Assembly: GCA_965279525.1 (NCBI GenBank)
Contig: CBDIIB010000004.1
Coordinates: 992,001 to 1,056,000, forward strand
Reading direction: 5' to 3'
Origin: Tagaea sp.
GTDB taxonomy: Bacteria; Pseudomonadota; Alphaproteobacteria; CACIAM-22H2
Length of the DNA: 64,000 nt
The notes beneath the pieces are model-generated. The model ran no database searches and had not been told where the DNA came from. It was given only the letters and a program-made list of their open reading frames with translations. Numbering within the stretch: position 1 is the stretch's first letter; each line of letters opens with the position of its first letter. The position numbers and the translations under genes were made by a program. Shown here piece by piece: positions 42,604-52,411 of the stretch.

Positions 42604-43800
42604 ATGAATCTGGCACTGGCCGAGCGGATGAGCCGCCTTGGCACCGAAACCGCGTTCGAGGTCCTGGCCCGCGCCAAGGCGCTGGAAGCCAAGGGCAAGT
42701 CGATCGTCAGCCTCAGCATCGGCCAGCCCGATTTCCGCACGCCCGAGCATATCGTCGAGGCCGGCATCAAGGCGCTGCGCGACGGCCATCACGGCTATAC
42801 GCCGGCCAACGGCATCCTGCCGCTGCGCGAGGCGGTCGCCAAGGACATCCACCGCCGCCTCGGCGTCCAGATCGACCCCGGCCAGGTGCTCGTGGTGCCC
42901 GGCGGCAAGGTCACGATGTTCTTCGCCATCATGATGTTCGGCGAGCCCGGGGCCGAGATCATCTATCCGAACCCCGGCTTCCCGATCTACGAGAGCGTCA
43001 TCCGCTTCTCGGGTGCCACGGAAGTGCCGCTGCCTCTGTTGGAAAAGAACGGTTTCGCGTTCGACGCCGACGACGTGCTGTCGCGCTGCACCGAGCGCAC
43101 GCGGCTCATCATCCTCAATTCGCCCGCGAACCCCACCGGGGGCGTGACGCCAAAGGACCAGGTCGACAAGCTCGTGAAGGGTCTGGCGCGGTTTCCCAAG
43201 GCCGCGATCATGTCCGACGAGATCTACGGCCAGATGACCTACGACGGCCGCCCGCACGTCTCCTTGATGAACTACCCCGAGATCGCCGACCGCCTGATCC
43301 TGCTCGACGGCTGGTCGAAGACCTATGCGATGACCGGCTGGCGGCTGGGCTATTCGGTGTGGCCCAAATCGATCTTCGCGCATGCCGAGCGCCTGGCGAT
43401 CAACTGCCATAGCTGCGTCAACGCCTCGGCGCAGTTCGCCGGCATCGCCGCCCTCGAAGGGCCGCAGGATGCGGTCGCCACGATGATGAAGGCGTTCGAC
43501 GAGCGCCGGCGCGTGATCGTGGGCGAACTCAACCAGATCGCCGGATTCCGCTGCGTGGAACCGGGCGGTGCCTTCTACGCGTTCCCGAACATCGAGGGGA
43601 CCGGCTATTCAAGCCGCCAGATGGAGACGCTGCTGCTCGAGCAGGCCGGCGTGGCGGTGCTGTCGGGCACGGCCTTCGGCAAGCACGGCGACGGCTATCT
43701 GCGCTTTTCCTACGCCAACTCGGTCGAGAACATCCGGCTGGCCATGCAGCGCATCCGGACCACGCTGGCGGCCAATCCGGCGCCAAAAGCTGCACAATGA
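42604..43800 (+). CDS. Class I PLP aminotransferase (aspartate aminotransferase family)
   Basis: NSPANPTGG, SDEIY, SKTYAMTGWRLG. Confidence 0.93.
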   Translation: MNLALAERMSRLGTETAFEVLARAKALEAKGKSIVSLSIGQPDFRTPEHIVEAGIKALRDGHHGYTPANGILPLREAVAKDIHRRLGVQIDPGQVLVVPGGKVTMFFAIMMFGEPGAEIIYPNPGFPIYESVIRFSGATEVPLPLLEKNGFAFDADDVLSRCTERTRLIILNSPANPTGGVTPKDQVDKLVKGLARFPKAAIMSDEIYGQMTYDGRPHVSLMNYPEIADRLILLDGWSKTYAMTGWRLGYSVWPKSIFAHAERLAINCHSCVNASAQFAGIAALEGPQDAVATMMKAFDERRRVIVGELNQIAGFRCVEPGGAFYAFPNIEGTGYSSRQMETLLLEQAGVAVLSGTAFGKHGDGYLRFSYANSVENIRLAMQRIRTTLAANPAPKAAQ

Positions 43801-43810
43801 ACGATCAAAA

Positions 43811-43827
43811 TGCACTATATTTGTGCA
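43811..43827. promoter_or_regulatory. NtrC binding site
   Basis: TGCACTATATTTGTGCA (TGCAC-N7-GTGCA) upstream of glnB; a weaker half-site TGCAC at 43791. Confidence 0.85.
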
Positions 43828-43858
43828 GATTTCTGCCTTCCAGACGGGCGAATCCTGA

Positions 43859-44308
<450 letters not shown>

Positions 44309-44378
44309 TCGAACTCCCTTTCCCAGTTCCGAATTCAACCCACCCGTCAGTCAGCGGGCCAAACACAGGAAAAAGGCT

Positions 44379-45787
44379 ATGTCGGATCCCAAGACCGTAA
44401 TGAAGAAGATCAAGGACAACGGCTGCAAGTATGTCGATCTGCGGTTCACCGATCCGCGCGGCAAGCTGCAGCACCTCGCCCATGCGGTCGAGACGATCTC
44501 GGAAGAGACGTTCGAGGAAGGCCTCATGTTCGACGGTTCGTCGATCGCGGGCTGGAAGGCGATCAACGAGTCCGACATGACGCTGATCCCCGACCCGAAG
44601 TCGGCGGTGATGGATCCCTTCGCGGCCCAGCCGTCGATGACGATCATGTGCGACATCTACGAGCCGGGCACGGGCCAGCCCTATAACCGCGATCCGCGCG
44701 GCATCGCCAAGAAGGCCGAAGCCTACGTCAAGGAGACGGGCATCGGCGACACGGCGTTCTTCGGTCCCGAGATCGAGTTCTTCGTGTTCGACGACGTGCG
44801 CTTCAAGGTGTCGATGAACAAGACCTCGGTCGAGATCGACAGCGAGGAAGGCCCCTACGTCACCGACAAGAAGTATCCCGACGGCAACCTCGGCCACCGT
44901 CCGAAGATCAAGGGCGGCTACTTCCCCGTCCCGCCGGTCGACCAGTGCGCCGACCTGCGCGCCGAGATGCTGACGATCATGAAGACATGGGCCTCGACAT
45001 CGAGAAGCACCACCATGAAGTGGCGCCCTCGCAGCACGAGCTCGGCGCCAAGTTCACGACGATGGTGAACGCCGCCGACCAGTGCCAGATCTACAAGTAC
45101 GTCGTCCACAACGTGGCCGCCCAGTACGGCAAGACCGCGACGTTCATGCCCAAGCCCATCAAGGGCGACAACGGTTCGGGCATGCACGTGCACCAGTCGA
45201 TCTGGAAGAAGGGCAAGCCGCTCTTCGCCGGCAACGGCTACGCCGACCTCTCGGAAATGGCGCTGTTCTACATCGGCGGCATCATCAAGCACGCCAAGGC
45301 GATCAACGCGTTCACCAACGCGTCGACCAACTCGTACAAGCGCCTGATCCCGGGCTTCGAGGCCCCCGTGCTGCTCGCCTACTCGGCGCGCAACCGCTCG
45401 GCCTCGTGCCGCATCCCGTTCGGTGCGGGCCCCAAGGCCAAGCGCGTCGAAGTCCGCTTCCCCGACCCGTCGGCCAACCCGTATCTCGGCTTCGCCGCGA
45501 TGCTGATGGCCGGTCTCGATGGCATCAAGAACAAGATCCATCCGGGCGAAGCCATGGACAAGAACCTCTATGACCTGCCGCCGGCAGAGCTCAAGAAGGT
45601 CCCGACGGTGTGCGGCAGCCTTCGCGAAGCGCTGGGCGCACTCGACAAGGGCCGCAACTTCCTGAAGGCCGGCGGCGTGTTCACCGACGACTTCATCGAC
45701 AGCTACATGGAACTCAAGTGGGAAGAGGTGTACGCGTTCGAACACACCCCGCACCCGATCGAGTTCGAGATGTACTATTCGGTCTGA
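44379..45787 (+). pseudogene. glnA: Type I glutamine synthetase split by a 1-nt frameshift near 44984 (probably a sequence error)
   Basis: N-terminal half in ORF 44379-45068, C-terminal half (EKHHHEVA...NLYDLP...FEMYYSV) in the next frame; adding one base restores ..[15 protein letters not shown]. Confidence 0.85.
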
Positions 45788-45807
45788 TCCGGCCGGAGAC
45801 GGCAGCG

Positions 45808-45839
45808 AAACGGCCCCGGAGCGATCCGGGGCCGTTTTT
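45808..45839 (+). terminator. Rho-independent terminator after glnA
   Basis: AAACGGCCCCGGA-GCGA-TCCGGGGCCGTTTTT. Confidence 0.92.
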
Positions 45840-45952
45840 GCTTCTACCTGCTTTGCATCCGCCTGATGCAGATGACCCATGCAATCTCGGGCTAGGCGCG
45901 GACGGCATCAGACTGTATGTTTTCCGGTGAATTGGAGACAGTCGGACCCAGA

Positions 45953-47194
45953 ATGGACACGGCAGCCCGCCAACCCGAATTCGACGCGGCCCTGAGCGCG
46001 CATCTCGCCTATCTGATGGGCCGGAACGGCGGCAAGCGCATGGACATGCGCGGCTACGAGTTCGGCGCGGTCGACGGGCGCGGGCGCAACCTGTCGTGCG
46101 CGATCCTGGCTGCGGCCAATTTCGTCGGCGCGATCCTGCAGGACTGCGACCTGTCGATGGCCGACGTGTTCACGGCCGATTTCCGCCATGCCGACCTGTC
46201 CGGCGCCAATCTGCGGCGCATCGACGCGCGCGGCGTCAATTTCGACGGCGCCAAGATGCGCGAATGCGACCTGCGCGAGGGCGATTTCCGCCCGGGCCAG
46301 ACCATGTCGTTCGCCGACGGCAGCAAGAAGGGCAGCGAGCAGAGCGCCAGTTTCAAGGACGCCAATCTCGACAAGGTGCAGCTGAAGGGCGCCAATCTCG
46401 AGAAGGCGGACATGTCGGGTGCTTCGCTGCGCGGGGCCGGCCTCGAGGGCGTCGAACTTGGTGCCGCCAACCTCAAGAACGTCGATCTGACCGGCGCCAA
46501 TCTCGAGGGCGCGAAGCTCAAGGATGCCGTGCTCGACGGTGCCAAGCTGCGCGGTGCCGCGATGAAGGGTTGCGACCTGCGCGGTGCCCGCATGCGCGGC
46601 GTGGATCTCGACGGACTCGACCTCAAGACCGTGCAGATGGAGGGTGCGGCCTTCGATCCGCCCGACAAGCCGCCCGAGGAGAAGCCCAACGTCAAGCTGC
46701 TGCTCGACGACCACAAGCGCTGGGTCGAGACCGGCGGCGCCGTCGGTTCGCGCGCGGTGCTCGACGATCGCGATCTTTCCGGCATGGACCTGCGCGGCCT
46801 CGACCTGAGTGCGGCCTCGTTCAACCGCGCCAACCTGGCGCGCGCCGACCTCGGCCGCGCGCAGATGCGCCTCACCAGCCTGATGCAGGCGAACCTGACC
46901 GACGCCGATCTCACTGAAGCCGACCTGTGCGGTGCGGTGATGGTCGGTGCGATCCTGCGCCGCGCCGTGCTCGCCAAGGCGAAGATGACGCCGATCGACC
47001 TCAAGGACGCGTCGGGCAAGCCGTCGGGGCGCAAGTTCCCGACCAATCTCAGCAACGCGATCCTCTCGCACGCCAAGCTCGACGGAGCCGACATGCGCGG
47101 GGCCGTGCTGCGCGGGGCCGACATCACGCGCGCCAGTTTCGTCGAAGCGCAGGTCGAGGGCATCGACCTTTTCGGCGTGCGCAAGCTGAGCTAG
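45953..47194 (+). CDS. Pentapeptide-repeat protein (two modules)
   Basis: A(D/N)LxG repeats; GGAG RBS-like sequence upstream. Confidence 0.92.
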   Translation: MDTAARQPEFDAALSAHLAYLMGRNGGKRMDMRGYEFGAVDGRGRNLSCAILAAANFVGAILQDCDLSMADVFTADFRHADLSGANLRRIDARGVNFDGAKMRECDLREGDFRPGQTMSFADGSKKGSEQSASFKDANLDKVQLKGANLEKADMSGASLRGAGLEGVELGAANLKNVDLTGANLEGAKLKDAVLDGAKLRGAAMKGCDLRGARMRGVDLDGLDLKTVQMEGAAFDPPDKPPEEKPNVKLLLDDHKRWVETGGAVGSRAVLDDRDLSGMDLRGLDLSAASFNRANLARADLGRAQMRLTSLMQANLTDADLTEADLCGAVMVGAILRRAVLAKAKMTPIDLKDASGKPSGRKFPTNLSNAILSHAKLDGADMRGAVLRGADITRASFVEAQVEGIDLFGVRKLS

Positions 47195-47213
47195 CGCCGC
47201 CCCGCCCGTTTCC

Positions 47214-47711
47214 ATGCCGCACACCAAGGAAAGCCTGCTCGCACTGCTGGGCGAACTCGGCATCCCGGTCGAGACCGTCGAGCACGAGGCCGCGTTCACG
47301 GTCGAGGAGGCGCGACGCCTGCACGACGCGCGCATGCCCGGCGTCAACGTCAAGAACCTGTTCTTGAAAGACGCCAAGGACGCGCTGTGGCTGGTGAGCG
47401 CACCCTGGGAGCGGCAGATCGACCTCAAGGGCCTCCCCAATCGCATCGGCTGCAAGCGCGTGTCGTTCGGCTCGCCCGCCCTGCTGATGGAAACGCTCGG
47501 CGTCATCCCGGGGGCCGTGACGCCGTTCGCCCCCGTCAACGACACGGGCAGACGCGTGCGCGTCGTGCTCGACGCGGAAATGATGCGCGCGGAAACGCTC
47601 AACTGCCATCCGCTGGTCAACACCGCGACGACCAACATCCGCGCGGCCGACCTGCTGCGCTTCCTGCGCCACTGCCACGGCGAACCGCTGGTGGCCGAAC
47701 TCGGCGCCTGA
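47214..47711 (+). CDS. YbaK/ProXp-ala (PrdX-like) tRNA-editing deacylase
   Basis: KNLFLKD, SFGS, GVIPGAVTPF, HPLVNTAT. Confidence 0.9.
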   Translation: MPHTKESLLALLGELGIPVETVEHEAAFTVEEARRLHDARMPGVNVKNLFLKDAKDALWLVSAPWERQIDLKGLPNRIGCKRVSFGSPALLMETLGVIPGAVTPFAPVNDTGRRVRVVLDAEMMRAETLNCHPLVNTATTNIRAADLLRFLRHCHGEPLVAELGA

Positions 47712-47763
47712 ATCCGTCATCGATTTGCGTATAATGGATCTCCCCCAAGACGGAGATCCCGAC

Positions 47764-48186
47764 ATGAACATCCTCTACACGACCAAGGGTTCGGCGACCG
47801 GCGGGCGCGCCGGCAAGGCCGCGAGCGAGGACGGCGTGCTCCAGGTGACGCTGACCACGCCCAAGGCGCTGGGCGGCGACGGTGCCGTCGGCACCAATCC
47901 CGAGCAGCTCTTCGCGTGCGGCTATTCGGCCTGCTTCCTGGGTGCCCTCAAGTTCGTGGCCGGCAAGGCCAAGGTGAAGATCCCCGAGGATGCCCGCGTG
48001 ACCGCGACGGTGGGCATCGGCCCGCGCGACGACGGCGGCGGCTTCGGCATCGAGGTGGCGCTCGCCATCAGCGTGCCGGGCGTGGAACGCGCGACGGTCG
48101 AGGATCTGGTCAAACAGGCACATGTCGTGTGCCCCTACAGCCACGCGACCAAGGGCAGCCTCGACGTCAAGCTCAGCGTCGTCTGA
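47764..48186 (+). CDS. ohr: Organic hydroperoxide resistance protein
   Basis: TGGRAG, TNPEQLFA.GYSACF, VCPYS. Confidence 0.95.
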   Translation: MNILYTTKGSATGGRAGKAASEDGVLQVTLTTPKALGGDGAVGTNPEQLFACGYSACFLGALKFVAGKAKVKIPEDARVTATVGIGPRDDGGGFGIEVALAISVPGVERATVEDLVKQAHVVCPYSHATKGSLDVKLSVV

Positions 48187-48194
48187 CCGGCATT

Positions 48195-48230
48195 GCCGCG
48201 CGGGCGGAATTGCAATGCCGCCCGCGCGGC
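48195..48230. terminator. Strong GC hairpin after ohr
   Basis: GCCGCGCGGGCGG-N10-CCGCCCGCGCGGC, no U-tract. Confidence 0.45.
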
Positions 48231-48278
48231 CCTAGGCTTGCCGGAACAAGAACGAAGACGCCTTCCGGGAGTGACGTG

Positions 48279-49472
48279 ATGCCGCCCGAGACCCTGTCCC
48301 GCCGTACCGTGCTGTTCGTCAACATCGCGCACGCGCTCGACCATTTCGTGCTGCTGATCTATCCCACGGCCGTCATCGCCATCGCGGCCGACACGCGCAC
48401 GACCTATACCGAGCTGATCGGGCTTGCGACCGGCGCCTTCGTGGCCTTCGGCCTGTTCTCGCTGCCGATGGGCTGGATCGCCGAACGGGTCGGCAGGCGC
48501 AACCTGCTCGCCGCGTTCTTCGCCGGCTGCGGGCTTTCGTGCCTCGGCCTGTCGATGGCCGAGACACCGATGCAGTTCGCTGTCCTGCTGCTGGTGCTGG
48601 GCATGTTCACCGCGATCTACCATCCGATCGGGTCGGCGATGCTGGTCACGCACGCGCGCGCCCTGGGCCGCGATCTGGGGTGGAACGGCGTGTGGGGAAA
48701 TCTCGGCGCCGCATTCGCGTCGGGCGTGACCGCCCTTGTCGCGGCGTGGCTGGGCTGGCGCGCGGCGTTCGTGGTCCCCGGCCTCGTGTGCCTTGGTGCC
48801 TGCGCCGTCTTCATGGCCATGGTGCCGGGCGACGGCGACGCGGGCGAGAAGCAGAAGAAGCAGGGCGCCGAGATTTCCGTCGCGCGCCCGTTCGTCCTGT
48901 TCGCGGCTTTCGTGCTGGCGGTCGTGGCCGGCGGCATGACCTTCAACATCACGACGATCGCGTTGCCCAAGGTGATCGACGAGCGCATCGGGCTCGACCT
49001 GCCGCTCGCCCTCACCGGCTCGCTCGCCACCGCCGTGTTCGTGTTCGGCGCGTTGACGCAGCTTGCCGTCGGCCAGCTCGTCGACCGTTTCGCGCTGCCG
49101 ACGATCTTCGTGGGCCTCGCCTTGTTCCAGCCGATCGGCCTCGGGCTCGCGGCGGTTTCGACCGGCGTGCCGATGCTGGCCGGAATGGTGCTGGTGATGG
49201 CCGCGATCTACGGGCAGGTCGTCGTCAACGACGCGATGGTGGCACGCTATGTGCCGCCGATGTACCGCGCCAAGGCGTTCAGCATCCGCTATTTCCTCGG
49301 CTTCACGACGGCCGGGGCCGCCGTCCCGCTGATCGCGTATCTGCACGGGCAAGGCGGCTTCGCCACGGTGCTGATGGCAGCCGCCCTGTTCGGTGCGGCG
49401 ATCTTCGCGGCCGGCTGCGCGTTCTGGCTTGCCTCCCAGCCGCAGCGCGCGGCGGCGACCGCCGGCGACTAG
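48279..49472 (+). CDS. MFS transporter
   Basis: About 12 hydrophobic segments; GWIAERVGRR; AIYHPIG. Confidence 0.9.
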   Translation: MPPETLSRRTVLFVNIAHALDHFVLLIYPTAVIAIAADTRTTYTELIGLATGAFVAFGLFSLPMGWIAERVGRRNLLAAFFAGCGLSCLGLSMAETPMQFAVLLLVLGMFTAIYHPIGSAMLVTHARALGRDLGWNGVWGNLGAAFASGVTALVAAWLGWRAAFVVPGLVCLGACAVFMAMVPGDGDAGEKQKKQGAEISVARPFVLFAAFVLAVVAGGMTFNITTIALPKVIDERIGLDLPLALTGSLATAVFVFGALTQLAVGQLVDRFALPTIFVGLALFQPIGLGLAAVSTGVPMLAGMVLVMAAIYGQVVVNDAMVARYVPPMYRAKAFSIRYFLGFTTAGAAVPLIAYLHGQGGFATVLMAAALFGAAIFAAGCAFWLASQPQRAAATAGD

Positions 49473-49473
49473 T

Positions 49474-50292
49474 TCAGCGGAAGAGGCCGAGCAGCACGGA
49501 CGGCTGCTGGTTGGCGATCGACAGCGACTGGATGCCGAGCTGCTGGCGGACCTGCAGCGACTGCACCGAGGCCGAGGCCTTGCCGATGTCGGCATCGACG
49601 ATGGCACCGAGGCCCGTCGTCGTGGCGTCGACGATCGCATTGATGAACGCGGACTGGAGCTGCAGCGTGCGCGTTTCAGCGGCATTGGCACCCAGCGACG
49701 TGGCGACCGCCTGCGCGAACGTGTTGAGCGAGGTGAGCGCCAGCGTTGCCGCCGAAGCCGACGTGACCGACGAGCCGGTGAAAGTCGTGAAGGCCTGGCG
49801 GACAGAGGACTGCGAGGTCATCGTCAGCGTCACGGCGTTGGTGTCGGCAAGGAACGTCTTGGCGACCGAGGCGGCCGACAGCAGGTTCGTGCCGTTGTAG
49901 TTGGCCTGCGTGATGAAGTTGTTGATCTGCGAGGTCATCGCGTTGAAGTCGGCGGTGTAGATCGTGCGCTGGTTGGCGCTGATCGACCCGTCGGCGAGCT
50001 GCGTGATCTTGGCCTGCAGGTTGCCGACCAGGTTCGAGATGTTGGTCAGTGCCGCCTGCGTGACGGAGCCGAGGCCCACGCCGTTGGCGAGCGAGCCCTG
50101 GACGGCCTGAAAGGCCTGCAGGTTGCCGCGGATGCCTTGCGCGACCGAGAAGGTCGATGCGTCGTCGGCAGCGTCCGCGACCCGGTAACCGGTCTGGACC
50201 TGCTTGGAGGCGACGTTGAGAGCGGATTGCGTGGTGCGCAGGGAGGCCAGAGCCACCATCGCGCCGACATTCGTGTTGATCGAGTTCGACAT
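49474..50292 (-). CDS. Short flagellin (Caulobacter Flj-like)
   Basis: SINTNVGAMVAL, TGYRVADAADD, IVDADI...QQLGIQSLSIANQQP..LL.LFR. Confidence 0.95.
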   Translation of the reverse strand: MSNSINTNVGAMVALASLRTTQSALNVASKQVQTGYRVADAADDASTFSVAQGIRGNLQAFQAVQGSLANGVGLGSVTQAALTNISNLVGNLQAKITQLADGSISANQRTIYTADFNAMTSQINNFITQANYNGTNLLSAASVAKTFLADTNAVTLTMTSQSSVRQAFTTFTGSSVTSASAATLALTSLNTFAQAVATSLGANAAETRTLQLQSAFINAIVDATTTGLGAIVDADIGKASASVQSLQVRQQLGIQSLSIANQQPSVLLGLFR

Positions 50293-50542
50293 CGTTCTTG
50301 CTACTCCCTCGGTTGTCGGCGCGGCCCTGCCCTGCTGAGGCGGTTTCGTGCCGGCGATCCGGTCGATCCGGGCAAAGGCCGGACGAAGCGGTATCAGAAT
50401 GTGTTATTGTTACTTACTGTTACAAACTGATAACGGCAGTTGTCCAGTCGATCAATGTAATTTCCGAAAATATAAAAATAACTCGGCCCAAAATGAATTA
50501 AAAATCAATTCAAATTGAAGTTATTACTCTAACCAATTGAAA

Positions 50543-51007
50543 TCACGAACGAACTGTCCAGCCTTCGAGCGGGACGATCGCCTCATCGCGCAGCAACGGT
50601 CCGTGGATCTCATAGGCGTCGGGCGCTTTCGCGAGCACCGCACGGCACGAATAGGCCGGGTCCATGTCCGACATGTCGGCGGCGGCGGCCCCGAACACGA
50701 CGCGCCGGATGCCCGAGCCCGCGATCGCCTCGGCGCACAGGGCGCACGGCTCGCCGCTCGCATAGATCGTCGCCCCGTCCAGCCGCTCGCGCGGCACGGC
50801 GGTCTTCAGGAGCCGCACGGCGTTGGCCTCGGCATGTGCCGTCGGGTCGCGCGTCGTGTTCTGGGTATTGCGCGCTTCCACGAGCACGCTGCCGTTCGCC
50901 GCGACGACGACGGCGCCATAGGGCTCGTCGCCGACCTTGCGCGCGATCATCGCGAGCGCGATTGCCGAGCGCAGATAGGGAAGATCGCGGAGGGTCAATC
51001 CATTCAT
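50543..51007 (-). CDS. Zn-dependent nucleoside/nucleobase deaminase
   Basis: PYGAV, AHAE and EPCALC motifs. Confidence 0.9.
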   Translation of the reverse strand: MNGLTLRDLPYLRSAIALAMIARKVGDEPYGAVVVAANGSVLVEARNTQNTTRDPTAHAEANAVRLLKTAVPRERLDGATIYASGEPCALCAEAIAGSGIRRVVFGAAAADMSDMDPAYSCRAVLAKAPDAYEIHGPLLRDEAIVPLEGWTVRS

Positions 51008-51014
51008 CTCTGCC

Positions 51015-51848
51015 TCACATCGTCGCGCGCCGGCGCGACTCCTTCAGCCAGGCGACGGCACCCGGTGTGGCGTTCCACGCGCGCGCGCTGTTGACCGCGA
51101 CGATGACGGCCTCGTCGCGGCTGCCGGGCTCGACCGACAGCGGGGCTGCCTTGGGCGGCTTTCGGTCGCCCACCAGATAGGCCGGCACGTAGCCGTTGGC
51201 GGTGAGGGCAGCGGCGAGTGCTGCATCGGCCGCACCCCCTGCCCCGCTTTTGCGGAACGCGAGCAAGGCGCGCGCATAGGCCACGCGCGCGTCGGTGTCG
51301 GATGCGAACCTGTCGAGCAGCGCCAGCGCCTCGTCGTCGGCACTCGCGTCGATCAGCGCGTCGGCGAAATCGAAGCGCGCGCGCGACGGGTCGGACGGGT
51401 CGAGGCGCAACACCTCGCGCCAGTGGTCGAACGCCGCGTCGCGGTCGGCCGAAACGGCAAGCGCACTCGCCAGATGCTGGCGGGCCTCGAGATAGCCAAG
51501 GCCGCGCGGACTTGCGCCCAACGTGCCAGTCTCGGCCGCAAGCCGGTCGCCCAGCGCCGCCTCGCCCGCCTGCAGGGCGAGTTTGAGGAAGCGCACGCGC
51601 TCGACCAGATCGCGTGCGGCGAACAGCGACAGCATCGTATAGGCCGGCGCGCAGTAGAGACTGTCGCCCAGTGCGGCGAGTGCCAGCTCCACGCCCTTGC
51701 GCGGATTGGATGCATCCCATGCGGACGCCGCCTTCGCCTCGGCAGCCGCGATCCGATCCTCGCCCGCCATCGCGGCAAGATCTGTCTCGGGGCCGATCAG
51801 GCCAAGCTCGACGAGGAATTCGTGTTCGGTGGTCGCAAAGCCGCTCAT
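51015..51848 (-). CDS. TPR-like helical protein
   Basis: Ala/Leu helical repeats; LRLDPSD..RARF and ANGYVPAYL motifs. Confidence 0.7.
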   Translation of the reverse strand: MSGFATTEHEFLVELGLIGPETDLAAMAGEDRIAAAEAKAASAWDASNPRKGVELALAALGDSLYCAPAYTMLSLFAARDLVERVRFLKLALQAGEAALGDRLAAETGTLGASPRGLGYLEARQHLASALAVSADRDAAFDHWREVLRLDPSDPSRARFDFADALIDASADDEALALLDRFASDTDARVAYARALLAFRKSGAGGAADAALAAALTANGYVPAYLVGDRKPPKAAPLSVEPGSRDEAVIVAVNSARAWNATPGAVAWLKESRRRATM

Positions 51849-52243
51849 GCCGCGCCCTCGCCGTCCACCAGCCGCGGCCGCCGGTCGAGGCCGATCGCGA
51901 CATAGGTGAACACGCCTTGCGTGACCTTGACGCGCTCGCTGCCTTCGCGCTTGCGCGTCCAGGTCTCGACCTTGATCGTCATCGACGTGCGGCCCACGCG
52001 CTGCATCTCGCAATAGCAGCTCACCTCGTCGCCGACGGTGACGGGCAGATGGAACGTCATCGCCTCGACGGCGACCGTCGCCACGCGGCCCTTGGCGCGC
52101 TGGCTGGCAAAGCTGCCGCCCGCGAGATCCATCTGGGAAAGCAGCCAGCCGCCGAAGATGTCGCCGTTGGGGTTGGTGTCCGCCGGCATCGCGATGGCCC
52201 GAAGGACGGGCTCGCCCGAGGGTGATGCTGGGGGTGCGGACAT
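51845..52243 (-). CDS. Hotdog acyl-CoA thioesterase (YciA-like)
   Basis: AMPADTNPNGDIFGGWLLSQMDLAG. Confidence 0.93.
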   Translation of the reverse strand: MSAPPASPSGEPVLRAIAMPADTNPNGDIFGGWLLSQMDLAGGSFASQRAKGRVATVAVEAMTFHLPVTVGDEVSCYCEMQRVGRTSMTIKVETWTRKREGSERVKVTQGVFTYVAIGLDRRPRLVDGEGAA

Positions 52244-52411
52244 GGGCGAGGCTCCGGAAAACGGCGGGACGGTTCTCGAAAGTAGCGCAATCCGGGCCGG
52301 CAGGCCATTGAAACACATGGAGAAAGCCTGCCGCCCGGCACGGAGTTTGCGTCGAATCGGATGCCGCCCTTAGTCTCCGCCTTTCCGCAAGCGCACCAGA
52401 TCCCGGGACCC

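Noticed and set aside
44975-44995. Programmed frameshift in glnA
   Set aside because: No slippery sequence or stimulatory element, and no precedent known to me; an error or mutation is more likely
50340-50353. Sigma54 promoter for the flagellin
   Set aside because: GG and GC are separated by 9 nt rather than the required 10
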